Source: Gammaproteobacteria bacterium
GTDB taxonomy: Bacteria > Pseudomonadota > Gammaproteobacteria > Porifericomitales > Porifericomitaceae
Direction: 5' to 3'
NCBI GenBank assembly: GCA_028817255.1
Contig: JAPPQA010000026.1
Coordinates: forward strand, 1-38,871
DNA length: 38,871 nucleotides
Shown here: piece by piece, positions 9,067 to 19,472 of the stretch
Layout of the letters: every line of letters starts with the position of its first letter
Numbering within the stretch: position 1 is the first letter of the stretch
Translations under genes and position numbers: made by a program
Notes under the pieces: generated by a model
What the model saw: the letters and a program-made list of their open reading frames with translations, nothing else
Told to the model about the DNA's origin: nothing
Databases searched by the model: none

Positions 9067-10764
9067 ATGTCCGCCCCCGTGTTGCGCATCGTCCTTGCCC
9101 AGCGGAACTTTACGGTCGGCGACATCGCCGGCAACGCGGAGCGCATCGTCGCGTCTTCGGAGGCCGCCCGGGACGAGCACCGCGCCGATCTCGTCCTGTT
9201 CCCCGAGTGCAGCCTCACCGGCTACCCTCTGGACGACCTGCTCTACAGGCCGGATCTGCACCGCCAAGTCGAAGACGGCCTGGCGCGCATCGCGCAACGG
9301 GTGCACGGCATCCATATGCTGATCGGCCATCCCCGCCGGGAGGAAGGGGCGTTGTACAACGCCTGTACCTTGCTTAGGGACGGCGAGCGGCGCCTGACCT
9401 ACTGCAAGCGCAATCTGCCGAATTACGGCGTATTCGACGAAAAAAGACATTTTACCCCCGGTGACCGGGTGCATCTGGCGCACATCAACGGGGTGCGGAT
9501 CGCTCCCACGATCTGCGAAGACATCTGGCACCAGGAGCCGGCGCGGCGCATCCGCGCGGCGGGCACGGAGCTGCTGGTCAATATGAACGCCTCTCCTTTC
9601 GATATCGGCAAGCCGGAAGAACGGCGGCGGGTGTTGCGGGACCGGGTTCGGGAAACGGGGCTGCCCATCCTCTATGCCAACCTGGTCGGCGGCCAGGATG
9701 GCCTGGTGTTCGATGGCGGCTCCATGGCCGTGGATGGGAACGGCAGCATCCTCTTGCAGGCGCCTTTGTTCCGCGAGGGGCTGTACTTGCTGGAGTGCCG
9801 CCGCGGGGCGGGGGGAGGGCGCCTGGAGTTGCGCGCTTCCGTGACCACGCCGCTCCCGGAGCCTGTGGAGCGCGTTTACCGGGCATTGGTCATGGGGGTC
9901 GGGGATTACGTGCGCAAGAACGATTTCGCGGGCGCGCTGGTCGGCGTGTCCGGGGGCATAGACTCGGCCCTGACCTTGTGCATTGCCGTAGATGCCCTCG
10001 GTTCTGACAGCGTCGAGGCCCTGCTCCTGCCCTCTCGACATACGGCCGCAATGAGCGTCGAGGATGCCAGTGAATTAGCGAAGCGGTTGGGGGCGCCGTA
10101 CCGCATCCTGTCTATTGAGCGGACCTGCCCTGCCGTTCTGGAGACCCTGGGCGATGATGCCTTCCCTGCCGGCACGGGAGATACGGAAGATACGGTGGCG
10201 GAGAACGTGCAGGCGCGGTGCCGCGGCGTATTGCTGATGGCCGTGTCCAACCGGAGTGGGAAGTTGGTGTTGGCGACCGGCAACAAGAGCGAGGCGGCGG
10301 TAGGCTATACGACCTTGTATGGAGATACGGTGGGCGGTTTTGCCCCGCTGAAAGATATCTACAAAACCCGCGTGTACGAACTTGCCCGCTGGCGCAACCG
10401 CCAGGGGCGGGTCATTCCCGACCGCATCCTGGAGCGGCCGCCAAGTGCGGAGTTGCGGCCGAACCAAACGGACCAGGACTCTCTGCCCCCTTACGCGACG
10501 CTGGACCCGATCCTGGAGCGCTATATTGAACGGGACCAGAGTCCGGCGGAGATCGTCCGTGCCGGCTTCGATGCCGCCACCGTGCTGCAGGTGGCCGCAC
10601 TGGTTGGCCACAGCGAGCACAAGAGGCGCCAGATGCCGCCCGGGGTGCGTATCGGCAAGCGCTGCTTCGACCGGGACCGGCGCTACCCGATCTGCTCGCG
10701 TTACCGGGAAGGCGGCCCCTCCGAGCCCCCCTCCGAACCCCCTGGACATTCGGGCGCTGCCTGA
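9067..10764 (+). CDS. nadE: Glutamine-dependent NAD+ synthetase
   Basis: N-terminal CN-hydrolase domain (LVLFPEC, ICEDIW) fused to an NAD synthetase domain with the SGGIDS PP-loop. 565 aa. Confidence 0.9.
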   Translation: MSAPVLRIVLAQRNFTVGDIAGNAERIVASSEAARDEHRADLVLFPECSLTGYPLDDLLYRPDLHRQVEDGLARIAQRVHGIHMLIGHPRREEGALYNACTLLRDGERRLTYCKRNLPNYGVFDEKRHFTPGDRVHLAHINGVRIAPTICEDIWHQEPARRIRAAGTELLVNMNASPFDIGKPEERRRVLRDRVRETGLPILYANLVGGQDGLVFDGGSMAVDGNGSILLQAPLFREGLYLLECRRGAGGGRLELRASVTTPLPEPVERVYRALVMGVGDYVRKNDFAGALVGVSGGIDSALTLCIAVDALGSDSVEALLLPSRHTAAMSVEDASELAKRLGAPYRILSIERTCPAVLETLGDDAFPAGTGDTEDTVAENVQARCRGVLLMAVSNRSGKLVLATGNKSEAAVGYTTLYGDTVGGFAPLKDIYKTRVYELARWRNRQGRVIPDRILERPPSAELRPNQTDQDSLPPYATLDPILERYIERDQSPAEIVRAGFDAATVLQVAALVGHSEHKRRQMPPGVRIGKRCFDRDRRYPICSRYREGGPSEPPSEPPGHSGAA

Positions 10765-11553
10765 CTACTTGATCCGGATCCGCTCGATCTCGGCAATCTC
10801 CTTGGACTGGGGGTAGTTCAGCCGCAATACGCGCAAAGCGTCGCGCGACAGTTCCTCCAGTTCCAGAACCTTGTAGGCCCGGGCCATGATCGCCAGCGCC
10901 ATGGGCGTCGAAGGCGTGCGCGGGTAATGCTGTACCACGTATTGGGCGCGATTGGCGGCTGCCAGGTAGGCGCCGCGATTCAGGTAATAGTTGGCCACGC
11001 TGATCTCGTGCTTGGCCAGGATATTGCGCAGATAAACCATGCGCTGCCCGGCATCCGGGGCATACTTGCTGTCTGGGAATTTGCGCCGCAACTCCGCGAA
11101 GTACTCGAAAGCCTGTAGTTTGGAGGCCGGGTCTCTTTGCGAGGCGTCGAGGCGGAGATAGCGATCCGCCAGGCCGCCGCCCCGGTAGAAATTCGCCAGA
11201 CCGCGCAGGTAGTATGCGTAATCCACGTGCGGATGCTGGGGATAGCGCTTGATGAACCGGTCGCAGGTATCGATCGCGTTGTCCGATTCTTCGCTCTTGT
11301 AGTAGAGATAGGCCAGGTCCAGGAGGGCTTGTTGGCCGTATGCGCCGAACGGAGAGCGGCTTTCCAGGGCCGTGTACATTTCCTTCGCTTGTTCATAGTT
11401 GCCGCTCTGCAGGGCGCCCTTGGCCTCTGCGTAAAGCCGTTCCGCGGGCCAGTCCGCGAAGGCGTTTTTGCCGGAGGAGCCGCATGCCGTCAGGAGGCAG
11501 GGCAACAACAAACAGGCGACGCTCCGGAGCATGGTCATCGCAGGCATGATCAT
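10765..11553 (-). CDS. bamD: Outer membrane protein assembly factor BamD
   Basis: Lipoprotein signal with lipobox LLTAC, followed by TPR-like repeats (YEQAKEMYTALESRSPFGAYGQQALLDLAYLYYK..., YPQHPHVDYAYYLRG). Divergent from rluD, as in E. coli. Confidence 0.9.
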   Translation of the reverse strand: MIMPAMTMLRSVACLLLPCLLTACGSSGKNAFADWPAERLYAEAKGALQSGNYEQAKEMYTALESRSPFGAYGQQALLDLAYLYYKSEESDNAIDTCDRFIKRYPQHPHVDYAYYLRGLANFYRGGGLADRYLRLDASQRDPASKLQAFEYFAELRRKFPDSKYAPDAGQRMVYLRNILAKHEISVANYYLNRGAYLAAANRAQYVVQHYPRTPSTPMALAIMARAYKVLELEELSRDALRVLRLNYPQSKEIAEIERIRIK

Positions 11554-11700
11554 GGAAGATTAGAGCAGGGAGGCGCCCTACCGCAAGTCCGCGTCCCTTT
11601 ACTGTCGGCGCCATACGGAATTCGCCGATGCAAATATGGCGTATGCAAGCAGGGACGCACAAGCCGTTACGCAAAGGAGCGCGAAGCGCGCGCTTGCTAT

Positions 11701-11770
11701 GCGGGATTCCGGCTTTCGCCGGAATGACGAGGTAAAGGGCGGGAATGACGAGGTGGGGCATGGGAATGGG
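11701..11770. repeat. REP-like intergenic element: hairpin plus phased GGGAATG(ACGAGGT) repeats
   Basis: Perfect hairpin ATTCCGGC-tttc-GCCGGAAT (11706-11725). GGAATGACGAGGT occurs at 11721-11733 and 11742-11754, and a third GGGAATG at about 11762. Copies are spaced about 21 bp apart. Confidence 0.5.
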
Positions 11771-11821
11771 AGGCCGGCGCACTGGCCCCCGGCATTGCGG
11801 TAGCATAACCTTGTCTGCGGT

Positions 11822-12757
11822 ATGGAAGCAGGCAAATTGTCTTTGCGCATTTCTTCGGATTGCGCGGGTCGTCGCTTGGATCAGGCTTTGGCGCAGCTCC
11901 TGCCGCAGTATTCGCGCTCCCGGATACAGCAGTGGATTCGCGGCGATGCCGTCCGGGTCGAGGGGCGCGCGGCACCGGCGCGCCATCCGGTTTGCGGCGG
12001 GGAGCGGGTCGAGATCCGCATCCCCCGGGAAGGGTCCGACGGGCACTGGCAGGCCGAGGCGATCCCGCTGGCGATCCTTTACGAGGACGAGGAACTCCTG
12101 ATCGTGGATAAGCCTCCCGGACTGGTCGTGCATCCGGGGGCCGGCAACCGCGAGCATACGCTGCTGAACGCTTTGCTGTACCGTTTCCCAGGCCTGACCG
12201 CGGTCCCGCGGGCGGGCATCGTGCATCGTCTGGACAAGGACACTTCCGGCCTGATGGTCGTGGCCAGGACCGGCGCCGCCCATGTTTCCCTGGTCGGGCA
12301 GCTCAAGGAACGTTCTGTCCGAAGGGAATATCGGGCTCTCGTAGCAGGGCGCGTCTCTCACGGCGGGCAGGTAGAGTTGCCGATAGGGCGCCACCCCCGC
12401 CGCCGCACGCGGATGGCAGTCGTGGCGGCCGGGCGGCCGGCGCTTACCCGCTATCGGGTGCTCGAAAGGTTCCCGGGCTATAGCTGGCTGTCGCTGCGCC
12501 TGGAGACCGGCAGGACGCACCAGATTCGAGTGCACATGGCCCATCTGGGGCATCCGGTGGCGGGCGACCCCCTGTATGGCCGGCGCCCGGTCGCGGCGGC
12601 GCCCCTTCTGCCCAGGCAGGCCCTGCATGCCCGCGCGCTCGCTTTGACCCATCCGCGGTCGGGTAAGCGCATGCGCTGGGAGGCGCCGTTGCCCGCCGAT
12701 ATGGCGCGGCTGTTGGCCGATTTGCGCAAAGACGCCGGCAGTGATGCTGGCGCTTGA
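11822..12757 (+). CDS. rluD: 23S rRNA pseudouridine synthase RluD
   Basis: S4-like N-terminus (RLDQALAQLLPQYSRSRIQQWI). Catalytic HRLDKDTSGLMVVA motif and HQIRVH motif. Confidence 0.9.
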   Translation: MEAGKLSLRISSDCAGRRLDQALAQLLPQYSRSRIQQWIRGDAVRVEGRAAPARHPVCGGERVEIRIPREGSDGHWQAEAIPLAILYEDEELLIVDKPPGLVVHPGAGNREHTLLNALLYRFPGLTAVPRAGIVHRLDKDTSGLMVVARTGAAHVSLVGQLKERSVRREYRALVAGRVSHGGQVELPIGRHPRRRTRMAVVAAGRPALTRYRVLERFPGYSWLSLRLETGRTHQIRVHMAHLGHPVAGDPLYGRRPVAAAPLLPRQALHARALALTHPRSGKRMRWEAPLPADMARLLADLRKDAGSDAGA

Positions 12758-12781
12758 GTTTCGCGGGACGGCGCGGCCCCG

Positions 12782-12810
12782 CTTGAATCCTGGGATTGCG
12801 GCGGCATATT
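12782..12810 (+). promoter_or_regulatory. Candidate heat-shock (sigma32-like) or sigma70 promoter for clpB
   Basis: CCCCGCTTGAAT then 14 nt then GCGGCATATT, a partial match to the sigma32 pattern CTTGAA-N13-15-CCCCATNT. It can also be read as TTGAAT-N16-CATATT. AAGGAG RBS precedes the ATG at 12831. Confidence 0.35.
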
Positions 12811-12830
12811 GACCTGTAAGGAGCGACCCG

Positions 12831-15470
12831 ATGCACCCGGAGCAATTTACCCATACGTTGCAACAGCTCCTGGCGGAGGCCAGGGAGCTGGCCCTGGGCC
12901 GTGCCCACCAGGTCCTGGAACCGGAGCACTTATTGGCTGCCATGCTGGCCCGGGAGGAGGGCGAGGCGCGGCGATTGCTGGCGGCAGCGGGAACGGATCT
13001 GGTCCGCTTGCGGCAGAACCTGGCCCGGAGGCTGGACGGGATGCCGCGGGCGGCCGGCGCGCAAAAGGACGACTGCCGTTTGTCCGGGCGGCTGGGGCAG
13101 CTGTTGGACGCCGGCGAAACGCTGGCGCGGCAACGCGGGGATCGCTACATCTCCAGCGAGCTGGTTCTGTTGGCCATGATGCGGGAGTGCGCGCAACTCG
13201 CGGAGCCGCTGCGGGAATGCGGGGCTCAGGCGTCCCGCCTCGAAGAGGCTATCGAACGGTCCCGGGATGGGCGCTCGGTTGACGATCCGGGTGCGGAAGA
13301 ACAGCGCCAGGCCCTGGAGAAATACACCGTTGACCTGACGGCGCGTGCCGAGCGCGGGGATCTGGACCCCGTGATCGGGCGGGACGAGGAGATTCGGCGC
13401 GCCATCCAGGTGTTGCAGAGGCGCACCAAGAATAACCCGGTGCTGATCGGCGATCCGGGAATTGGCAAGACGGCCATTGTAGAGGGACTGGCGCAGCGCA
13501 TTGTGGACGGCGAGGTGCCGGAATTGCTGAAGGACAAGCGTATCCTGGCATTGGACTTGGGGGCGCTGGTCGCCGGCGCCCGGTTTCGCGGCGACTTCGA
13601 GGAGCGCCTGAAGGCCGTATTACGGGATATCTCCCGGGCAAAGGGCAGGATCGTCCTGTTTATAGACGAGATGCACACGGTCGTAGGCGCGGGCAATGCG
13701 GAAGGGGCCATGGATGCGGGGAATATGCTGAAACCCGCCCTCGCGCGCGGCGAATTGCATTGCCTGGGCGCCACTACCCTGGACGAGTATCGCCGACATA
13801 TCGAGCGGGATGCGGCACTGGAGCGCCGGTTTCAGAAGATCCTGACCGGCGAGCCTACGGTGGAAGATACCGTGGCCATTCTGCGCGGCCTCAAGGAGCG
13901 TTACGAACTGCATCACCGGGTGCGGATCGCGGATCCGGCCCTCGTCGCCGCCGCCGCCTTGTCGCACCGCTACATCGCCGACCGCCGCCTTCCGGACAAG
14001 GCGATCGATCTCGTGGACGAGGCCGCAAGCAGGATCAGCATAGAGATTGCGAGCAAACCGGAGGCGCTGGATCGTCTGGACCGGCGCCTGGTCCAGTTGC
14101 GGATCGAGCGCGAGGCCCTGCGCAAGGACCTGGACCGCGCTTCCCGGGAACGGTTTCAAGAACTGCGGAAGCGGATCGAAGGCCTGGACCAGGAGCGCAA
14201 GAATTTGGAACGGGTCTGGAAGGCGGAGAAAGCCGAGTTGCAGGGCGCTCATCGTTTTCAGGAGCGGTTGGACCGGGCCCGGCGGGAGTTGGAAACCGCC
14301 CGCCGCGCCGGGGACCTGAATCGGATGGCCGAGCTGCAATACGGCCATATTCCGGAGTTGGAGGCCAGTCTCCGGCGGGCCTCCGAGAACGGCTCCCGGA
14401 AACTGCGCCTGCTGCGGAACAAGGTCACGGAAAACGAGATTGCCGAGGTGGTCTCCCGGTGGACGGGCATCCCCGCCAGCAGGATGTTGCGGGGCGAGAA
14501 AGCTAAGCTGCTGCGGATGGAACAGGCGTTGCGCCGGCGGGTTGTGGGACAGGATCATGCGCTCTCCGCTATGGCGGACGCTGTCCGGCGCTCCCGTGCC
14601 GGCCTTTCCGACCCGGCCCGTCCCATCGCTTCTTTCCTGTTTCTGGGGCCGACCGGCGTCGGCAAGACCGAACTTTGCCGGGCGCTGGCCGAGTTCCTGT
14701 TTGCCAGTGAAGACGCGACGGTGCGAATAGACATGTCGGAATACATGGAGCGGCATGCGGCGGCCAGGTTCGTCGGGGCGCCGCCCGGTTACGTGGGCCA
14801 CGAGGAGGGCGGCCAGTTAACCGAGGCGGTCCGACGTCGGCCCTACAGCGTGGTCCTGTTCGACGAGATCGAAAAGGCGCATCCCGACATCGCTCATATC
14901 CTGTTGCAGGTGCTGGACGACGGCCGCCTTACCGACGGCCAGGGCCGCACCGTGAATTTCCGCAACACGGTGATCGTAATGACTTCTAACCTGGGTTCCG
15001 AGCGCATCCGCGAGCTGGCGGCGCGGCAGGCGGTGGAACCCATGGCGATCCGGGAGGCTGTCCTGGAGGCCGCGGGAGAGCGTTTCCGGCCCGAATTTAT
15101 CAACCGGGTGGACGAGATAGTGGTTTTTCGCCCGTTGCGGCAGGAGCATATCCGCGTGATCGCCCGCATCCAGCTGGACCGGGTGCGGGAACGGTTGGAG
15201 GTACAGGGGATTCGCCTGCAAGTGTCGGATGCGGCTGTGGACTGGCTGGGCCATAGCGGATACGATTCCGCCTACGGCGCCCGGCCCTTGAAACGTGCCG
15301 TGCAACGCCACCTGCTTGGCCCTCTGTCGCGCGCGCTGTTGGCCGACCGCTTCGCGACTGGCGATACGGTGGCCGTCGAGGTGGAGGGCGAGGCCTTGAA
15401 ATTCGACAGGATCGCGGGAGGCGGCGAGAAACCGGGTCTCCCCGCCGTTGCGACCGGTTCCGAGAGTTGA
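12831..15470 (+). CDS. clpB: ATP-dependent chaperone/disaggregase ClpB
   Basis: 879 aa. Clp N-domain, two AAA+ modules (GDPGIGKT and GPTGVGKT Walker A) and a long coiled-coil middle domain. Confidence 0.96.
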   Translation: MHPEQFTHTLQQLLAEARELALGRAHQVLEPEHLLAAMLAREEGEARRLLAAAGTDLVRLRQNLARRLDGMPRAAGAQKDDCRLSGRLGQLLDAGETLARQRGDRYISSELVLLAMMRECAQLAEPLRECGAQASRLEEAIERSRDGRSVDDPGAEEQRQALEKYTVDLTARAERGDLDPVIGRDEEIRRAIQVLQRRTKNNPVLIGDPGIGKTAIVEGLAQRIVDGEVPELLKDKRILALDLGALVAGARFRGDFEERLKAVLRDISRAKGRIVLFIDEMHTVVGAGNAEGAMDAGNMLKPALARGELHCLGATTLDEYRRHIERDAALERRFQKILTGEPTVEDTVAILRGLKERYELHHRVRIADPALVAAAALSHRYIADRRLPDKAIDLVDEAASRISIEIASKPEALDRLDRRLVQLRIEREALRKDLDRASRERFQELRKRIEGLDQERKNLERVWKAEKAELQGAHRFQERLDRARRELETARRAGDLNRMAELQYGHIPELEASLRRASENGSRKLRLLRNKVTENEIAEVVSRWTGIPASRMLRGEKAKLLRMEQALRRRVVGQDHALSAMADAVRRSRAGLSDPARPIASFLFLGPTGVGKTELCRALAEFLFASEDATVRIDMSEYMERHAAARFVGAPPGYVGHEEGGQLTEAVRRRPYSVVLFDEIEKAHPDIAHILLQVLDDGRLTDGQGRTVNFRNTVIVMTSNLGSERIRELAARQAVEPMAIREAVLEAAGERFRPEFINRVDEIVVFRPLRQEHIRVIARIQLDRVRERLEVQGIRLQVSDAAVDWLGHSGYDSAYGARPLKRAVQRHLLGPLSRALLADRFATGDTVAVEVEGEALKFDRIAGGGEKPGLPAVATGSES

Positions 15471-15609
15471 CGCCCCGGTCCGGTGGCGGGCGGGTTGGGC
15501 GCGGGGGGAATATGCCCGCGGCGGGCCGGCGTCCGTTGCTGGCATTTGCCGCGGTTTTGCGATAGATTATAGGGGACAGGTCTTTAGCAGCGATCCAGGG
15601 AGCTTTGAA

Positions 15610-17346
15610 TTGGCCGTATCCGCAAACAAGATTCAATTGACCGGACTTGCCCGGAAGCTTGTGGCCCACAAGATTCTGGAGGAGGGCGCGGCCGGAGAGG
15701 CGCTTCAGGCCGCCGCCAGGAAGAACATATCCCTGGTAGTGCATCTGGTGAAGAATAAGCTGGCGCCCGCCAATCGGATCGCGATGGTTGCCGCCGCGGA
15801 ATTCGGGTTCCCGCTGATTGACGCCAGCGCCATTGAAGTGGATGCCGACCTCGTCAAGCAGATCAAGATGGACATCATGCAAAAACGCCGCGTCTTTCCC
15901 CTGTACCGGCGGGGAAGGAAGATATTCGTGGCCCTCTCCGACCCGATGAATCTGCAAGTCCTGGACGAGGTAAAGTTTGCCACCGGCTGCCAGGTCGAGG
16001 TGGTTCTGGTGGAGGAGGACAAACTGTCCGCGGCCATTGAGAGTGCGGCGGAGGCGATGGACACGTCTCTCTCCGATATGACCGAGGGAGACGATTTCGA
16101 AGATCTGGACAATTTGCAGACGGTTGACGAATCCGCCGAAGCCGAGGGAGACGATGCCGCCGCCAGCGACGTGGAAGATGCCCCGGTGGTGCGCTTTGTC
16201 AACAAGGTGCTGCTGGACGCAATCAAGAAAGGGGCGTCGGACCTGCATTTCGAACCTTACGAAAAGTTCTACCGGGTGCGGTTTCGCGTTGACGGAATGT
16301 TGCAGGAGATCGTCAAGCCGCCGCAGATCCTGGCCAAGAAGATCTCTGCCCGCATCAAAGTCATGTCGCGCCTGGATGTATCCGAGAGACGGGTGCCCCA
16401 GGATGGGCGCATCAAGCTGAAGCTCTCCAAGAGCAAGGCGATAGACTTTCGCGTGAGCACCTGCCCGACACTGTTTGGGGAGAAATGTTGTATGCGTATC
16501 CTGGATTCCGATGCCGCGAAACTGCAGATCGACCAGTTGGGCTATGAGGATTTCCAGAAGGAGTTGTTCCTGAACAACTTGCACAAGCCTTACGGCATGT
16601 TCCTGGTCACCGGGCCGACGGGGAGCGGCAAGACCGTCTCCCTCTACACGGGGATCAATATCATCAACAAGGAGGAGGTCAACATCTCGACGGCGGAGGA
16701 CCCGGTCGAGATCAACCTGCCCGGGATCAACCAGGTGCAAGTTGACGAACGCACGGGCATGTCTTTCGGCAAGGCGCTCAAGTCTTTCCTCCGCCAGGAC
16801 CCGGATATTATCCTGGTGGGCGAGATTCGCGACCTGGAGACCGGTTCCATCGCGGTCAAGGCGGCACAGACGGGCCACATGGTCATGTCCACCTTGCATA
16901 CCAACGATTGTCCGCAGACCCTGACCCGGTTGCAGGACATGGGTATTCCTGCATTTGCGGTCGCCACCAGCATCAATATCATCACGGCGCAACGGCTGGG
17001 GCGGCGCCTGCACTCGGAATACCGGAAGTCCATTTCCCTGCCCAAAGAGGCGCTGCTGAAAGAGGGCTTTACCGAGGAGGATGTCGCGGAAAATTTCGAG
17101 CTGTACGAGCCGGCTGACGAGTGCGGCGAAGACTGTCCCACCGGCTACAAGGGCCGGGTGGGGATCTACCAGGTCATGCCGGTCTCCGAAGAGTTGAGGC
17201 GTTTGATCATTGAGCAGGCGAACGCCGTCAAGCTGGCCCAGCAGGCGGAAGCGGAGGGGATATGGGATATCCGCCGCGCCGGGTTGATGAAGGCGAAGGC
17301 CGGCTTTACCAGCCTGACGGAAATCAATCGGGTGACGGTCGAATAA
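15610..17346 (+). CDS. pilB: Type IV pilus assembly ATPase PilB
   Basis: GspE-type N-terminal domain (LTGLARKLVAHKILEE), Walker A GPTGSGKT, GEIRD, and a Cys-rich CGEDCPTGYKGRVGIYQV region. There is no in-frame ATG or GTG near the expected N-terminus. The TTG at 15610 has a GGGAG RBS about 7 nt upstream. The track start at 15448 overlaps clpB. Confidence 0.9.
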   Translation: MAVSANKIQLTGLARKLVAHKILEEGAAGEALQAAARKNISLVVHLVKNKLAPANRIAMVAAAEFGFPLIDASAIEVDADLVKQIKMDIMQKRRVFPLYRRGRKIFVALSDPMNLQVLDEVKFATGCQVEVVLVEEDKLSAAIESAAEAMDTSLSDMTEGDDFEDLDNLQTVDESAEAEGDDAAASDVEDAPVVRFVNKVLLDAIKKGASDLHFEPYEKFYRVRFRVDGMLQEIVKPPQILAKKISARIKVMSRLDVSERRVPQDGRIKLKLSKSKAIDFRVSTCPTLFGEKCCMRILDSDAAKLQIDQLGYEDFQKELFLNNLHKPYGMFLVTGPTGSGKTVSLYTGINIINKEEVNISTAEDPVEINLPGINQVQVDERTGMSFGKALKSFLRQDPDIILVGEIRDLETGSIAVKAAQTGHMVMSTLHTNDCPQTLTRLQDMGIPAFAVATSINIITAQRLGRRLHSEYRKSISLPKEALLKEGFTEEDVAENFELYEPADECGEDCPTGYKGRVGIYQVMPVSEELRRLIIEQANAVKLAQQAEAEGIWDIRRAGLMKAKAGFTSLTEINRVTVE

Positions 17347-17355
17347 ACCGGGGCG

Positions 17356-18555
17356 ATGGCGGAAGTAGCTACATTTCTCTGGGAGGGGAGGGACCGGCAG
17401 GGAAGGCGCCAAAAGGGCGAAAGGAGCGCCGCCAGCGCGGCCCAGATCAAGGCCGCGTTGATCAAGGAGGGCATACGCCCGACCCACATCAAGAAAAGGA
17501 CTCTGAAGCTCGGCCAGGGCAAAATCGAGCCCCGCGATATCATGGTGTTCACGCGGCAGATGGCCACCATGATGTCGGCAGGGGTCCCCATGGTCCAGTC
17601 GCTGGAGATTATCGGCAATGGACACGATAACCAGGCAGTGAAGGCGATGGTCCTGGCGATCAAGGGGGATATTGAGGCGGGAGGGACCATGGCCTCGGCG
17701 CTGGCCAAGCATCCCAAGCACTTCGACCCTCTTTCCGTCAATCTGATTGCAGCCGGCGAGCAATCGGGCGCGATGGAGACCATGTTGCACAACCTTGCCA
17801 CCTATAAGGAAAAGACCGAGTCTTTAAAGGCCAAGATCAAGAAGGCGATGTACTACCCCGTCGCCGTCGTCATTGTCGCCCTCATCGTTTCGACAATCCT
17901 GCTGGTGTTCGTAGTGCCCCAGTTCGCGACCATCTTCGAGAGTCTTGGCGCGGATTTGCCTGCCCTGACCAAGGTCATCGTCGATCTCTCCGATTTCCTG
18001 ATCGCGAACCTGTTTTATGTCATCGTCGGAGGGGGGGCTATCGTCTATGGATTCTTGCAACTCAAGCGGCGCAACAAGACCTTTGCCTTCATGCTGGATC
18101 GGTATTCCCTGAAGATACCGATCGTGGGGGAGATCCTGGACAAGTCGGTCGTTGCCCGCTTCTCCCGCACCATGGCCATTATGTTCAGCGCCGGCACCCC
18201 GCTGGTCGAGGCCATGGTGTCGGTGGCCGGGGCGTGCGGGAATCTACTCTACCATGATGCGGTGATGAAGATGCGGGATGAAGTGGCGACGGGCACCCAG
18301 TTGCAGGTTGCCATGACCAATACGCAGATTTTCCCTAATATGGTGGTGCAGATGGTGGCTATTGGAGAAGAGTCCGGCGCTCTCGACGATATGTTGAGCA
18401 AGGTGGCGGATACCTACGAGGAAGATGTGGACAACATGGTCGAGTCGTTGAGCAGTTTGATGGAGCCAATCATCATTGTTTTTCTGGGCGGGATTATCGG
18501 CACTTTGGTGGTGGCTATGTATCTGCCGATCTTCAAGATCTCGGAAGCGATCTAA
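17356..18555 (+). CDS. pilC: Type IV pilus inner-membrane platform protein PilC
   Basis: 399 aa with two GspF-type repeats and three TM segments. Located directly after pilB. Confidence 0.92.
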   Translation: MAEVATFLWEGRDRQGRRQKGERSAASAAQIKAALIKEGIRPTHIKKRTLKLGQGKIEPRDIMVFTRQMATMMSAGVPMVQSLEIIGNGHDNQAVKAMVLAIKGDIEAGGTMASALAKHPKHFDPLSVNLIAAGEQSGAMETMLHNLATYKEKTESLKAKIKKAMYYPVAVVIVALIVSTILLVFVVPQFATIFESLGADLPALTKVIVDLSDFLIANLFYVIVGGGAIVYGFLQLKRRNKTFAFMLDRYSLKIPIVGEILDKSVVARFSRTMAIMFSAGTPLVEAMVSVAGACGNLLYHDAVMKMRDEVATGTQLQVAMTNTQIFPNMVVQMVAIGEESGALDDMLSKVADTYEEDVDNMVESLSSLMEPIIIVFLGGIIGTLVVAMYLPIFKISEAI

Positions 18556-18630
18556 GCTTTCGTATCCCCGCCGCTGCCGATTTTCTCTTTTTTCGTTGCA
18601 AATCCCGGCGCCTGGGTCGGCGCTTGCGCC

Positions 18631-19434
18631 GTGCTGGGTCTGATCGTTGGCAGCTTCCTCAATGTCGTGATTTATCGGTTGCCCGGCATCCTGGAACGGG
18701 ACTGGGAGGCGCAGTGCCGCGAACTGCTTGACTTGCCGCCGGCAGGCGCCGGGAAACAGCCGTACGGCCTGGTCGTTCCGCGTTCGTTCTGTCCGGCATG
18801 CGATTACCGTATCCCCGCCTGGCAGAATATTCCCGTGTTGAGTTACCTGCTTCTGGGAGGGCGCTGTTATGCCTGCCGTAGCCGCATCCCGGTACGTTAT
18901 CCGCTGGTGGAATTGGCGGGCGGGGCCGTCGCGGCGCTGGCCGCCTGGCGTTTCGGCTTTGGCGGGGAGGCCTTGCTGGCGGCGCTTTTCGGCTGGTCCC
19001 TGCTCTGTCTGGCCGTAATTGACCTGAAGCACCGTCTGCTCCCGGACGTTATTACCCTGCCGCTGCTGTGGCTGGGGCTCGCGGTCAACCTGGGGGGCGT
19101 GTTCGCCGGCCTGGATGCCGCGGTGAAAGGCGCCATTGGCGGGTACCTGGTTCTGTGGCTGTTGTTCCACGCTTTTCGGCTCTGTACCGGCAAGGAGGGG
19201 ATGGGGTACGGCGATTTCAAATTGTTGGCGGCGACCGGAGCCTGGCTCGGTTGGCAATCGTTGCCGCCGGTCCTGTTTTTGGCCGCCTTGCTGGGCTCCT
19301 TGGCGGGGGTCGCCATTGCCTTGCGGAACCGCTTCTGGGACCGGGATATGCAGATGCCATTCGGCCCTTTTCTGGCCCTGGCGGGATGGGTTGCCTTGCT
19401 CTGGGGGGAGGGCATCCGCTGGACGGGGATGTAA
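18631..19434 (+). CDS. pilD: Prepilin peptidase / N-methyltransferase PilD (A24 family)
   Basis: GSFLNVVIYRLP, CPACDYRI...CYACRSRI Cys pairs, and catalytic GYGDFKL and FGPFLALAG motifs. 18631 is a GTG. The in-frame upstream sequence (LPIFSFFVANPGAWVGACA) looks like the normal first TM helix, so the true start is probably upstream (CTG at 18574 or ATT at 18580). Confidence 0.88.
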   Translation: MLGLIVGSFLNVVIYRLPGILERDWEAQCRELLDLPPAGAGKQPYGLVVPRSFCPACDYRIPAWQNIPVLSYLLLGGRCYACRSRIPVRYPLVELAGGAVAALAAWRFGFGGEALLAALFGWSLLCLAVIDLKHRLLPDVITLPLLWLGLAVNLGGVFAGLDAAVKGAIGGYLVLWLLFHAFRLCTGKEGMGYGDFKLLAATGAWLGWQSLPPVLFLAALLGSLAGVAIALRNRFWDRDMQMPFGPFLALAGWVALLWGEGIRWTGM

Positions 19435-19472
19435 CCGAACGGCGGCGCCTGCGTTCCGTACTGCGCATCGGT

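Noticed and set aside
11393-12943. 516-aa ORF antisense to rluD; similar long shadow ORFs at 5428..6834, 7312..8586, 8857..10041, 13620..14801, 18244..19536, 21749..23218 and 29916..31580
   Set aside because: All overlap well-supported genes on the other strand or in another frame and show no domain signatures. They are high-GC artefacts.
15100-17790. 896-aa ORF antisense to clpB, pilB and pilC
   Set aside because: No recognisable motifs and an Arg/Gly/Pro/Leu-rich composition. The opposite strand encodes unmistakable ClpB, PilB and PilC. This is the typical stop-poor antisense frame of a GC3-rich genome.
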